A DNA stretch of 64,000 nucleotides from Squalus acanthias (taxonomy: Eukaryota). The stretch lies in contig CM059431.1 in NCBI GenBank assembly GCA_030390025.1, positions 114,516,001 through 114,580,000 of the forward strand, given 5' to 3'. Position 1 is the stretch's first letter; each line of letters starts with the position of its first letter. Position numbers and translations under genes: made by a program. A model generated the notes under the pieces. It was not told the origin of the DNA. It worked only from the letters and a program-made list of their open reading frames with translations, and searched no databases. Below, piece after piece: positions 24,798 to 38,067 of the stretch.

Positions 24798-24959
24798 TTA
24801 CTCTCTATGTGACTACTTCATGGTTACTATCAATATGCGTATTTCCAGATTAATCTCCATGTGCCTATTTGCTGGTTAATCCCAATGTGGCTACCTCCTA
24901 GTTACTCTCCATGTGACTATTTCTTGGTAACCCACCACGCACCTATTTGCTGGTTAATC
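24798..24959. repeat. Degenerate 26-bp minisatellite (6 units plus partial)
   Basis: Units start at 24798, 24824, 24850, 24876, 24902, 24928; approximate consensus TTA(C/A)TCTCCATGTG(A/C)CTATTT(G/C)CTGG. Confidence 0.85.
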
Positions 24960-24989
24960 ATGTTAACCCTGACTAGGTGCAGTTAAGTT

Positions 24990-25550
24990 ACTATGAGTAT
25001 TGCATCCAGTTCTGGTCATCACACTTTAGGAAGGATGTGAAGGCCCTTGAGAGGGTGCAGAGGAGATTTACCAGAATGGTTCTGGGGATGGGGGATCTTA
25101 GCTACAAGGACAGGTTGGAGAAGCTGGATTTGTTTTCATTAGAGCAAAGGAGGTTGAGGGGTGATTTGATAGAGGTGTACAAGATTATGATGGGTTTGGT
25201 TAGGCTAGAGGGGGAAAGTCTGTTCCCACTAGTTGATGGTACAAGGACTAGGGGACACACATTTAAGGTTTTGGGCATGAGATACAGGGGGGACGTGAGG
25301 AAAAACTTTTTTACGCAGCGAGTGGTGATGACCTGGAACTCGCTGCTGACGGAAGTGGCGGAAGCAGAGACACTCAATGTTTTCAAGGGGAGACTGAATA
25401 GGCACTTGAGGGAAATAAACTTGCAGGGCTACGGGGATAGAGCGGGGGAATGGGACTGACTGGATTGCTCTACAGAGAGCCGGCACGGACTCGATGGGCC
25501 GAATGGCCTCCTTCTGTGCCGTTATGACTTTATGACTATGACTCTATGAT
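24990..25550 (+). mobile_element. CR1 3' fragment
   Basis: EYCIQFWSSHFRKDVKALERVQRRFTRM...FFTQRVV; ATGACT-type tail. Confidence 0.95.
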
Positions 25551-27434
25551 GGGAAATGGGACATATGACATCTCTGTGTCATCTCAATGAGGGGGCGAAT
25601 CAGCCACCTGCCAGAAATGATGGTGTAACCTCAGCTAGGTACTAAAGTCATTGTAGATCCAGTGTTGAGGATTCCCACTCCATTTCCCACCCCGGCCCAC
25701 CGAAAAATCTACCCAAAATTCAGGTGGCAGGCAGAGGAAGATCCAGGCTACTGTGTCTAATAACGTCGCACAGTATCACACACCAGTGTAGAAGAGTGTT
25801 CAGCTACTTACTGAATCAAATCTGACTGAGTTTCCCAGTTAATTGTTCTTTGAGGAGTCCTGTAGCAACACACGACAAACTCAACCGCGCAATTCAAGTT
25901 TAAAACTGTAGTAAGAGATCATCTGAAGTCAGTCCAAAAGACCACCATTCTAGGCAGGTTCTACTGAAAAGAAATACATGCTCTCACAGAAGCATAACGG
26001 ACAGAGCGGGATTGAATTTCTTTTAAACCCTCCTCTACGATGCGATGTCAATGGTTTTACTGGATGACAAAGTGATCTCCGTGCAGCCTGAGTTAGGGCC
26101 AGCATGAAATCAATAATTGCTTCCAAACCGTTCTCATTTTAACAAGGTTTAATATAATGTTGAAGTTTAAAAATAGTGTGGCTACTTGAATCCCAGTTAT
26201 AGCTGTTCTGTTTAAGCCCTTCTGAGCAGGAGGGACTGCACTAAAAAAGAATGGAACTTTTGTTTCCAATCGGCACTGAATGGCCTCCTTTTGTACTAAA
26301 GACTCCATCGCTGTGCATTTTAGAGATTTAAAATGGTGAGGGTAAGGGGTTATGAGACACATTGGGTCCTTCTAGTTGTAATATTCTGATTTACAGCTTA
26401 CATAGGATTACAAAACAAAGGGTTACCATCCCTATAATTATCACATACTGAAATATAGGTCTCCGGTGATTCTTCTTCAGTTGAAGCAGTGACAAAAATA
26501 AAGCTGCTGTAATTGAAGAAATAAAGTTTACTAGGAGGAGAAGCTGCCTGATTGCTTTACATGACAAAGTTAGGTAATTAGAGATCCCGTTTAATGGTGA
26601 ATCAGGTGCAAATATTCAAACCATGACAAACGACTTTAATAATGCAGCTCATGACGCTTAACAGAGATAAATTTTCTTTCCTTAAACTTCTCTTTCTCTG
26701 CCTGCGAGATGGAACGGCTTAAGTGGCCCTTTTGCTCCATTTCTTGTTTCATAACATCAGCGATTACTGTGCTTTTTTTTTTAAAAGGCTGAATAGCTTG
26801 TAAATGCAAAAAAAAAAGTATTCAGCCATTATGATTTATTCTGGAGCTAATGCATGTCAACTTCCTTGTGAAAATAACTACGGCCAGGATGAATATTCTG
26901 CTACCTCCTCAGTCTGTGTGCCACGTTATTGTTGTAACAGGCTACTGAACCATTGAGAATATGTGGCTTTCACTCACAAATTTGAAGCTAATTTCAATGT
27001 TTGTTATGGGTTGGCTAAGACCTCATACTTGCTTTCTGTTTGAAAAATTTCATTATTTCTGCATACAGGGGCTTTCTAATTGGACAGTAAGGATGTTCTA
27101 AGACTAATTTAGTGAATTGTACAATATTTTATGTGGAATTATGCAGGTTTATGGGTCCTCCAGGGATTGAGCTGGACACTTCATGAGAAACCATGTTTAT
27201 CAGAAAACGATATTAGCAGCTTTCACCTAGCTTTTGTCTTCATTAAATTGCAGCTCTCTCCCATCCAGGGTCATATCCGTGGCTCGCACTGATGATTTGT
27301 CATGATTGTGTTGTTTATTGAAGCATAAGGTTGATACAGCAGGGCTCTGCGAGACAATGCACAAGCGGTTCGAGGGAAGCAATCGCAAATTGTGCAGCAG
27401 GAGAAGCTTGAAAATGTGAAAGCGACAACACTTC

Positions 27435-27611
27435 GGGGGCGAATTTTCGTCTGCTCCTCACAGACGGTAATCTAGCGGAGCGGATCATCAATCCGTTAGA
27501 GAGCCCAACTCATTTTCATTCCAATGAAAGGAAACTCAGACCCGTTTTATAAAGGGCGGGTGATCCGCTCCGCCAGATTACCGCCAGTGCGGTGAAGACG
27601 AAAATTTATCC
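27435..27611. mobile_element. Palindromic MITE
   Basis: AATTTTCGTCT...CGGTAATCTAGCGGAGCGGATCA versus TGATCCGCTCCGCCAGATTACCG...AGACGAAAATT. Confidence 0.8.
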
Positions 27612-29244
27612 TGTTTTGTTGGATATTAATTATTAATGTTTTGGGATATTGCATTGTTTTGTTTGGGCCCTAATTTAGCCTAAAAGGAAATAGACACTTT
27701 CCTGAATGCTCACCCTTTTTTTTTAGTTGTTTACCTGGAGTAGATGTGGAATAACAGCCCCGATTTTCCTGGGGATCCTACGGCATAGGGATCCCTGAAT
27801 GGAGCGAAAGAAAGAGGAAATTATGGAGTAAGTGACTTACGCCATTACTGACGCCACTCCATATTTTCCTGAGATTTTTGCGCCACTCCATCATTACCCT
27901 CACCGAAAACAGTAAGAAGGTAATTATCATAGCTCCGTCCCCTATTGAAATCAATGGCGATCGCCATTTTCCTCCATTGAAGCCATTTTTCATGATGCTG
28001 CCACTTAGTTTTGACAATAGTTGTCCAAGTGGCCTGGCAACAGTGAATGCATTCACTCAATCAGACTTGTACATTTAAATGAGGCTGAAAATAAATTTCA
28101 ACTCCTGAAGAATTTGTTTCCTTTCAGAGTGTAAACAACAATGATCTCTGAGCCAAAGACACAGCAAAGAAAGATGTTTCTGCAAAATACCTGGAGCTGA
28201 AGCAAAGAGATTGTGATGTTCTGGGCAAAAATAAACATCCATAAAACACCAACGAGTCCATTTCACCAAACGGTGTGCATTTATCAGCTCTTTTAGAGTT
28301 CAAACTAAAACTAGCTTCAGAGAACATCATTTGATGGCCTTTTTAAGCTTGCTATTATTTAAAAAATTGAGATTTCAATAGACCTTGTAGCTCAAATGAA
28401 ATGCGCAATTACACAATGATAATAAAAACAAATCGATGAAATGCAGCACTAGCAAGCCTCAACATTCCGACATTAATATTGTAAAAAGTGAAGCAACTTA
28501 ATGAAATTACAATCCAAAGTAGCTTCTTAAAAACAAGTAAACCTGCCAATCAATTCATTCAACTACCAATGTAAACCTGTAGATTGTGGTTCTGCTTCAA
28601 TATAATTCTGCATACTTGATTTAAAGTCATTTGAAGAAAAATCAAGATGGCCGTTTTCGGTTCTCTCCAGTAAAACAAAATTTGTTTATTGGCCATTGGC
28701 TGCACGGCTTCTGATTCACCACTCTCCTCGCTGTGGCATTTTCAAATCAGTTTTCCACTAAAATTTGGTGTCAATGCGTCACTGGAGGATCAGGGCGCTC
28801 AACAGTCTAACTTATGGCCTCAAAATCACTAAAGCGGGGAAAACTGGGCCAATGAATAGGGAGGAGGGTGTTACAGGGCAGTAAAACAAGCTACGAGTAA
28901 CAAAATATATCAAATTTTCAAAATGAATCTTGGGAATATTTTACTTTGAAGATTGTTCTGTTGCCTATAATTCCCTACTGTCTATTATTAAACATCTACA
29001 GTTTTCATGTTTATTCATAGAAGTTGTAAACTCTCTATGATTTACTGATACTCAGAGATGCCTGATATTCTTGTGAATATTTAGCACCAATCTGGTGTAA
29101 CAATCATGGTGATGTTAAGCAAAGTTTCAGTATCAATAATGCGACTGGTAGCAGGCTATTGCAAGGTGTTTTTTTTTTGCAGTGAAATGTTAATTTATTA
29201 ATTTCCTGAGCGTATTTCAGTAATGTTAGGGTAATACATTCAAA

Positions 29245-29430
29245 CCAGTCAGATTGTCATAAAAACCCAAATGGTTCACTGATGTTCTACAGGGAAAGGA
29301 ACCTGCCACCCCACCTGGTCCGACCTGCATGTGGCTCCAGTCACACACTATGGGGTTGTCTCTTAATGCCCTTGTAGTAATGAGAAATGGGCAATAAATG
29401 CTGCCCTGCCAGTGTTGCCCACAACCCAAG
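29245..29430 (+). mobile_element. SINE fragment (MetaSINE-like core)
   Basis: TAAAAACCCAAATGGTTCACTGATGTTCTACAGGGAAAGGAACCTGCC core and GGGCAATAAATGCTG...GCCCAC tail. Confidence 0.55.
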
Positions 29431-30908
29431 AACATAGAAACATAGAAACATAGAAAATAGGTGCAGGAGTAGACCATTCGGTCCTTCGAGCCTGCACCGC
29501 CATTCAATGCGTTCATGGCTGAACATGCTACCTCAGTACCCCATTCCTGCTTTCTCGCCATACCCCTTGATCCCCCTAGTTGTGAGTATTATATCTAACT
29601 CCCTTTTGAATATATTTAGCGAACTGGCCTCAACAACCTTCTGTGGTAGAGAATTCCACAGATTCACCACTCTCTGGGCGAAGAAGTTCCTCCTCATCTC
29701 AGTCTTAAATGGCTTCCCCTTTATCCTTAGACTGTGACCCCTGGTTTTAGTTTTCCCTAACATTGGAAACATTCTGCCCGCATCTAATTTGTCTAAACCA
29801 GTCAGGATTTTAAACGTCTCTATAAGATCCCCCCTCATTCTTCTGAACTCCAGAGGATACAAGTTCAGTTGATCCAGTCTTTCTTGATATGTCAGTCTGG
29901 CCATCCCAGGAATCAATCTAGTGAACCTTCGTTGCACTCCCTCAATAGCAAGAATGTCCTTCCTCAAGTTAGGAGACCAAAACTGCACACAATACTCCAG
30001 GTGTGGCTTCACCAAGGCCCTGTACAACTGTAGCATCACCTCCCTACTCCTGTACTCAAATCCCCTTGCTATGAAGGCCATCATGCCATTTGCTTTCTTG
30101 ACTGCCTGCTGCACTTGCCTTCCCACCTTCAGTGACTGATGTACCATGACGCCCAGGTCTCGTTGCACCTCCCCTTTCCCTAATCTGCCACCATTCAGGT
30201 AATAGTCTGCCTCCCTATTTTTACCACCAAAGTGGATAACCTCACATTTATCCACATTGTACTTCATCTGCCATACATTTGCCCATTCACCCAACCTGTC
30301 CAAGTCACTCTGTAGCCTCCTAGCATCCTCCTCATTGTTCACACTGCCTCCCAATTTAGTGTCATCCGCAAATTTGGAGATATTACAATTAATCCCTTCG
30401 TCCAAATCATTAATATATAATGTAAACAGCTAGGGCCCCAGCACCGAACCCTGCGGTACCCCGCTGGTCACTGCCTGCCATTCTGAAAAGTACCCATTTA
30501 CTCCTACTCTTTGTTTCCTGTGTGCCAACCAGTTCTCAATCCACGTCAACACATTACCCCCAATCCCATGTGCTTTAACTTTGCACACCAATCTCTTGTG
30601 TGGGACCTTGTCGAAGGCCTTCTGAAAGTCCAAATACACCACATCTACTGGTTCCCCCCCTGTCCACCCTATTGGAAACATCCTCAAAAAATTCCAGAAG
30701 ATTTGTCAAGCATGATTTCCCTTTCACAAATCCATGCTGACTTGGACCTATCATGTCGCCACTTTCCAAATGGTCTGTTATGACATCTTTAATAATTGAT
30801 TCCATCATTTTACCCACCACCGATGTCAGGCTGACCGGTCTGTAATTCCCTGCTTTCTCCCTCCCTCCTTTTTTAAAAAGAGGGGTTACATTAGCCACCC
30901 TCCACTCC
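29431..30908 (-). mobile_element. Young CR1 RT and 3' end
   Basis: [52 protein letters not shown], 290-aa open C-terminus; (AAACATAG)n tail. Confidence 0.97.
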
Positions 30909-33189
30909 TAACAAATAATTAAAAAAAACTATAAAAAGGCTACACAGTCAAATGGCAGCTAAATGATGGGAGAAGGTTAAAAAAAAAGACAGGAGACTGC
31001 AGGGAGATGGGTTCTGCACTGAGCTGTGGGACAGGTTGAAGAGAAACTGTTCTGTTTAAATTAAGTGAGAGGACCCACTGGAATGACGATAATGTTGCAT
31101 TTTTTTTTAATTTGGATCATTATGTGAATATAAGATGTAGCAATTGAACTAAGAGACTCTGATCGCACCCATTGCTCAGTATCATTTTTTTTATAGAAGA
31201 AATTTATTGTTCCATTTTGCCAAAAAAATTGTTGTTGCTGTAAGTGTCCTTAACCAGTTATTTAGAGAGGGGTCCTCAGTTTACATCAGGTCTGTTATCA
31301 CAATAGTCTTGCATCACATGCTCACTGTGAAATAAAGCAGCTTTCAATTTAAAACCAACTTGACCTCATCTAGTGAAGAAACACATGTAAAAGATAGAGA
31401 TATCCAGTTGAGGTCACAAGGTGGTTTTATTGTATTTCCCCTGGGTTATACTACCGTAGAAGTAGATATAGGGCAGGGTGAGCCAGTTTCTTCAAGGTGC
31501 ATAGACTGCTTGCGGGGGCGACTGATGCCACTAAACCCAAGAAAGTATCTGCGACAGAACCAAATTTGTAATGGATAGTATCTGGCTCTGCTGCCTCACC
31601 CAATTCCAGCTACCCTATCCCACATTTGTTGGGGCCAATCCTCTGGCAATAGCGGTGGGGAAGTGCCAAACACATAGTAAGACTTACATCCCCCTACCAT
31701 TAACTACAAGCCTTGTTAGCTATTTGCTATTTGTCGCAGTGTGTCCAATAGAGAATTGGTCCAACATCTCTAAACGTAGTCACTGCTATATTTCATATGG
31801 AATTGGATTTTGGAAAAAACAAATGATGGTGAGACAAGCTTCAAATTGTTTGTATTATCCAAAATGTATGGTATTTTCATTTCAAGCCTCATTCGTATTA
31901 CATTTAAATTACTGACATCTTGAAGTAAAGAAGTAGTTTAACCCAGGACATTGGGAGATAAATTTTCAGTGTGAACAGTGAAAGGGAGTAAAAAGTTAAT
32001 AAATGTTACTGAGGCAATGATGTACCTAAAAACCTGCCGTAAAACCTTACCTTGGTGAAACAATTGAAATATGAGGCAGAGATAAAAGAAGTCACATTTA
32101 TTATGGAAATGGCACTAATACATCAGCAAAAATATCACTTTTTATGCATATTGCTGTCTGTATCAATAGTTTTCCTTTTTATTTGCCCAATATCATAATA
32201 GGGGTGTGTCATTATTAGTGAGTGATCTCTGGCATCATTAAACTTGCATGATATATTTTATTTTGGGATTTCTTAGAGCTAATTTAATGTGATGTGAACA
32301 TAGTTATTATGGTTTCTTGAATTAGTGATTAGTTGGAAACAGTCTTGGTTCAAGTTACAACCATTTGTTGGGTCACGCCAAGTACTATGATAGGCTATTA
32401 AAAGAGTATCTCACTAATGGCACTAATATCACATGTGGTTACTTCCTCCCTGACACTGTAGCAGAATAACAGTGTGTGAGTACATACTTCAATTAAAATT
32501 TAAACATTTATCTGCCATTCACAATTCTGTGTCACACCACTGAATGCAAATGATGTGCACATCAATATTGCAAAACTAGTCATGGAACCAGCTAACATTA
32601 CAGGTTTGATGTGTGTGTGGTTTATAAATACTGGGGCTGAAAACCCATAGGCTGTCCATTCTGAGATAGGTTCTGGGGTGCACCCGCTGATGACCTCTGA
32701 CACTGACCCCCTGAGTTTGTGGTGTCAGGGAGAGGTCACTTCATTTGCATGTCCTGGGAGGGCACCCGTGCCCATAGGAACACATCTGGAGTGCCCAGCT
32801 ATTGGTGAAGCTGCAGACTGCAGTGGTCAGATCGGCGGCAACAGTGTCAGTTTCCCCTTCCCACGCAGAAAGAGGAATTATGAATATCTGGTGTCCTTGG
32901 TCCCCTTCTTAAGGTTGCTGATAATTAAATTTTAAAAAATGATTACCCTTTTAAATCTTCAGGCGGCCAGGCCGTTCCCAGACCTGGATTCCAAGGTGGG
33001 ACCCATTTCCGCCACCAAATATACACCGGGTCCCTTTGAGGGCGAAGGTCACAGGAGCTCCCACCAAAAAGAGTTCCCGTGCCTGGGCCCATCCCATTCT
33101 GCTGGTGTTGCCTTTTAAGGAGCAGGTCGAGGCCCTGATGCTAGGGTGGAACCTAATTTATGGTCCTTCTGGCACCTTCTCACCAAAAC

Positions 33190-33285
33190 CGAGAAGTTCT
33201 GATGAAGGGTTAGAGCCAAAACATGAACTTGCCTTTTCTCTTGACAGAGGCTGACTGAGCTACGCATTTCCAGCATTTTGTGGGG
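33190..33285 (+). mobile_element. Degenerate Penelope-type pLTR fragment
   Basis: AGTTCTGATGAAGGG...AAAACATGAACT...ATTTCCAGCATTTT; same family as 35427-35562. Confidence 0.6.
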
Positions 33286-34169
33286 GGGGGTTTTGGAAGG
33301 AGTTTCATTTAGGCCACATGAAAACCAAAATGTTCCCTTGAAAAAAAAATGGTTCTTTCTCATTAAATTAAAATTGTGTAGGGTAGGTTTTCAATGAATT
33401 TATAAATATTTAACATTATATTACTTGTCTCATGAGAAAAGAATCAGTGATATGATCATGTAGTTGAAGGGATAGCAGCAAAAAATGTTGGTAGCTCTGC
33501 AGAAATGAAAGCTATTAACAGGCAAAAACCCTGGGAGTATGTGACAGGAGAGCAGTCTTGTGCCATTATCGACGAAGTATTGAACCATTGCTAAAGAAAG
33601 TCTACTGTCATTGTCGAGGAAACCGGAGTATACATTGAGGGGTAGCATTTGGCATCAATTCAGTGCCTTCAATTTTCTGATTGGTAAGCCTTAACTATCT
33701 GGGTAGGAGCCTTGTGTGGTCATTCAGGACTCAGTTCAACTGACTGGGGAAATATTGAGCATTAATCTGAGCCCTGCAGCGCCAAATGAAAGAAGCCTGG
33801 AGCACTGATCAAGGTCGTCTAAAGGAGCCTGCAGCTGGAAAGGATCCTCTGTATATTTGTACAGGTACGACATTTTAGTTTTGGCTTCGAACAGGTTTAG
33901 TCAGTTCATCTGAGACGGGATCAGAAAACTTAACCTGGCCTTTCTGCCCTTTTATATCATGGACCATTTCCCCAACTAAGAGGATGGGCGAGCAATCTAT
34001 TTCAAAGTCCTCAGTCAATACCAATGTAGAGTTGGCCACTAGAAGATGCATAGCAGCAAAGCATATCAACTTACCCTCTGATTGTCCTTCCATCCCTCTG
34101 AGGAAACAGCATTCCAACTAGATGTTCCAAATGGCCAGCCCAAGATAAAATGGGTAAACTACAATGGTG

Positions 34170-34331
34170 CATGTTTTTATTTTCACCACATGGGCAGCTG
34201 TCTGACAGAGTCGATCGCCCACCTGTTATAGAAGTTGAAATCAATGGAATGAAATCAGCTGGGTTCTATAACTGGCGGGTGAACCAACCCAACAGTTTAC
34301 CACCCATGTGGTGAAGATGAACCTTTACCCT
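34170..34331. mobile_element. Palindromic MITE (related to 27435)
   Basis: TTCACCACATGGG / CCCATGTGGTGAA and GTTATAGAA / TTCTATAAC arms. Confidence 0.75.
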
Positions 34332-35107
34332 AACGTCTTCCAGCTCTTTGGCACAGCTCTATATTGCAACAATGGCGTTGAGCTGTGCCACCAACACATG
34401 AATACTGCTCATGATTCTCTGCCAATTTAGGAGATTTGGGGGTTCTTGTGTTCAGGCTATTCTGAGTACCGCCACTACATTACCTTGTGAGAAAGAATAT
34501 GTGTTAATGGACCAAAGGGTCTTTGAGGGCTGCAAGAAAATATACATTGCCGCTGATGCTTAATGCAGATCTGCTTGGCTCCTTAATGATGTGGTGCTGA
34601 AGTCCTTCCCCACCTTTAATAAAGAACAACAAAGCACTGATAGTGGAAATGAAAGTCTGCCCAATCCAGAATACTTTGAAATATTTTAAGCTAAAAATAT
34701 TCACTACAAACATTCATTTAAGGTATGTATTTAATATGGATAGACACAATACTCAAGGATGACCAGCAAAGTAAATATCTTCTATACTATATAGCTCAGT
34801 GTAGAATCACGCTCATTGCAATGACTAAACCAAAGGGTCATTATTCTTATACAGTTAAACTTGTTGAATCTCATTTGGGTTAAAAGTTCGTATAGGATAT
34901 TCCACTAGTTTATTACAACTTCTGGCTCAGACGCTACTTAATTGCCTTCTATCTTACATTGTCTCCCATGTGTAATGTTTATTTCTGATATGATGAAGAA
35001 TTGCTCTGACAGCTATGAAAGGTATCATAAATGCATTCATGACGATGTCCTCTGGTTGGTATTTCTAGCAAAATTGTAAATATGCAGCTGTAATTTCCAT
35101 GGGCTGT

Positions 35108-35385
35108 TTCTCTCCCTACCCTACCCTCTCCCTACTCCCAACCCCTCCCCCTACTTTCTGTCTCTTCCTGTTCTCCTCCTCTTCCCCTTCTCCCTAATTA
35201 TCTCCCTCCATTCTTCCAACTTCCTTCTTTCCACCATCCCTTCTCTCTTCCTCCCCCTCTCCTCCTCTACTCACCATGCCTCCTCTCCTCTCCCCTCATC
35301 TCCCTCTCTCCGCCCTTCTGTCCCTCCTTCTCCCCTTCTCCTTCACTCCCCTCCTCTCTCTCTCCTCCTGATCTTGACACCCTCC
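35108..35385. repeat. CT-rich low-complexity tract
   Basis: Nearly pure pyrimidine. Confidence 0.9.
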
Positions 35386-35426
35386 TTGTATGCAACACCA
35401 CAGACGATCAACTGATGTATTATATA

Positions 35427-35562
35427 CAATAGCAAAATACTGCGGATGCTGGAAATATGAAATAACAACAGAAAATGCTGAAAACACTCAGCAGGTCAGG
35501 CAGCATCGAGGAGAGAGAAACAGAGTCAACGTTTCGAGTCGGGGACCCTTCGTCAGAACTTC
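35427..35562 (-). mobile_element. Penelope-type pLTR fragment, second family, with hammerhead motif at 35524-35560
   Basis: Minus strand AGUU-CUGACGA-A-GGGUC(CCC)GACUC-GAAA-CG-UU-GACU followed by GATGCTGCCTGACCTGCTGAG...CAGCATTTTCTG. Confidence 0.75.
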
Positions 35563-35577
35563 GACAGAATGATGTAT

Positions 35578-35584
<7 letters not shown>

Positions 35585-35608
<24 letters not shown>
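35585..35608. repeat. (TG)n microsatellite
   Basis: Direct reading. Confidence 0.95.
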
Positions 35609-36345
35609 TTATGTATGTCTGCATGCGTTGAAGCATAAAAAGATACTTACCCTCATTTTACTTGATCAAATTGTTGTGTATATTCTTGAACTTCAGTTTA
35701 TAACATTCATCAGAAATGCTGAGGAAATATTTTTTGAGGATTTATGTTTCGAATGCTGAAATGGTTCAGACAGTGCTTGAGAAGAAGTAAAATAATGTGA
35801 TGCTGTTTGTATTAAACATTTAAACACAGGCCTGTTTTAAGTCAGTCTCTTCAAACTAATGGAGATTTTAAACAAGTCGAAATTGGTGAGCAATGATCAA
35901 TCAAGTCTTAGTTGGTGATGTAAACACTTTGACTTGTCAGCTGCTCGCCACACTTACTTGGCTTTGATTAGCAGCAGAATAAACAGCTGTTTGAAAGGGA
36001 TTCTGCTGTGTAATAGCTGTGACAAACCATTGAAATCTTGCCAAGTGTCAAAAACACTCCATAAGCACAGTGTATAAATTTGTATCTGCCATTCTTGGAA
36101 AATCAGTGGGGAATGTCTCAGTGTATTCTGTTCCCTCCGATTAGTTACCGCAACTGACACATTTTAGAAATGCTTCAGCTTTTGTGATGCTTCTCACAGA
36201 CTGTGTTTATATCTCAACCAATTCACTAGGGCCTGCAGTAATACTGCACATACTGATCTGAAACGTGTCTGAGTATACATTTACATAGACAAGAGTTGCA
36301 TTGCCATTCGAATAGCTCTGTTGCATTTTTTCGTAGCAATATAGT

Positions 36346-36517
36346 TGGAGTTGGATATATTTCTTAAGGCTAAAGGGATCAAGGGATATGGGGAGAAAGC
36401 AGGGACAGGGTACTGAATTTGGATGATCAGCCATGATCGCATTGAATGGCGGAGCAGGCTAGAGGGGCCGAATGGCCTACTCCTGCTCCTATCTTCTATG
36501 ATTCTATGATTCTATGA
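36346..36517 (+). mobile_element. CR1 3' end
   Basis: GGGATCAAGGGATATGGGGAG...GGCCGAATGGCCTACTCCTGCTCC, (TTCTATGA)n. Confidence 0.92.
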
Positions 36518-37697
36518 ATAGGGGAGTCGGTTCTGGGCCCCAGAATATAGCTATACTATGAGCATCGGCAGGATGACCATGCACATATATATGATCATTT
36601 GTGTGCACATGCGCATGTCACGCAAAGTAAGTTGTAAATCTGTTTGAATTTGCTGCGGAAATAGTGGATTCTGCTTTAAAGCAAAGCCACTAGATTCTAT
36701 GAAATGAAACAAACTTTAAGTTGCTTCTGTCACTTCAGGTGTCATCCTATGTACCTGCTTCTGGCTGGTGGGATCTATACTGCTACTTGGACACTGGAAA
36801 TGGATGTGAAACCATTAATTGGAGGGAATTACACTCATATTGCTTTAATGCACTACAGAGTTAGATTACCACTCTGACTCTCAATTGTACTGCTACTTTT
36901 GCCAATGCAAAATTGGCAGTATTAATAACCCTAGGATTAGCAATTAAACTGATTTAATGCATTTAAATAGATATTTCTGCATGGGTGTATATATTTCAGT
37001 TCCTATTTTTCTAACAATACGTACTTCTTGCATGTTAGGAGATGTTTAGTCACATTTTATTGTGTCTGATCTAGCTAATTTTCCAGAATTATGAATCACC
37101 AGTCAAGCAACTTAGGAATTTGACTGTGTCTGAAAATGGGCATGCAGAGAAGGGATGTGCACAGCATGGCGCCTGTTCATGTGGGCACAAGGACACCCTG
37201 GGGTGGGGTCATTACCATATTATGGATGGGCACCTGTGCCAGTAATGGTGGTACATGGGCGACCAACACCTGCATGCCAGCATTTTGGAGCAGCTCCATC
37301 CCACTCCAACAGGACTCTCGCACTTCTGAGTTGCAGAGCTGGCTGTGTCATTGTTCCTCAGGAAGCTGCTCCAAGAACTGGAACAGCAATCAGTCCTCCA
37401 GGGAACAATTATAGTTGAAGATCTTCTTCAACCAAGTATTCGGGCCAACTTTCAGCAAAGAGCAGCACCTATGCCTACTCGCAGCAAACATAGGTACCGC
37501 TGGGCCTAACAGATGTGTATCTGGGCGGATACCTGGGGTAGCTGAGGAATGTCCCCAGACATGCCCGCAAAGTGTTACTGGGACATAGAACGATGGGCAG
37601 AAGAAGTGCCTGCCTTACAATGGAATTTTGTGTAACTTTATGATTACAGAATGAAACTCAGAGGATCCAGGTTCCACCCCAAAACCCATTGCCTCCG

Positions 37698-38067
37698 AAC
37701 AACAACAACAACTTGCGCTTATATATTGCACCTTTAGTAAAACATCCCAAGGTCCTTCACAGGAGTGTAATCAGACAAAATGTGACACCGAGCCAATGAT
37801 GGAGACATTAGGACAGGTGACCAGAAGCTTGGTCAAAGAAGTAGGTTTTCAGGAGGGTCTTAAAGAAGGAGAGAGAGGTGGAGAGGCGGAGGTTTAGGGA
37901 GGGAATTCCAGAGCATAGGGCCTAGACAGCTGAAAGTACGAGCACCAATGGTGGTGTGAAGAAAGGGGGAGGCGGGGGATGGCTGGAGGCCAGAGTTGTC
38001 GGGCTGGAGGAGGTTACAGAGATAGGGAGGGGCGACACCCTGGAGGGATTTGAACACGTGGATGAGA
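37698..38067 (-). mobile_element. L2 LINE 3' end
   Basis: (AAC)n tail; VFKSLQGVAPPYLCNLLQP. Confidence 0.85.

Noticed and set aside
24798..24959. CRISPR-like periodicity
   Set aside because: Contiguous units with no unique spacers, no cas genes, eukaryotic context.
29533..30405. 290-aa ORF as a functional gene
   Set aside because: C-terminal part of a 5'-truncated CR1 ORF2 with an upstream stop and frameshift.
33860..34120. Possible host exon, open on both strands
   Set aside because: No recognisable protein motif.
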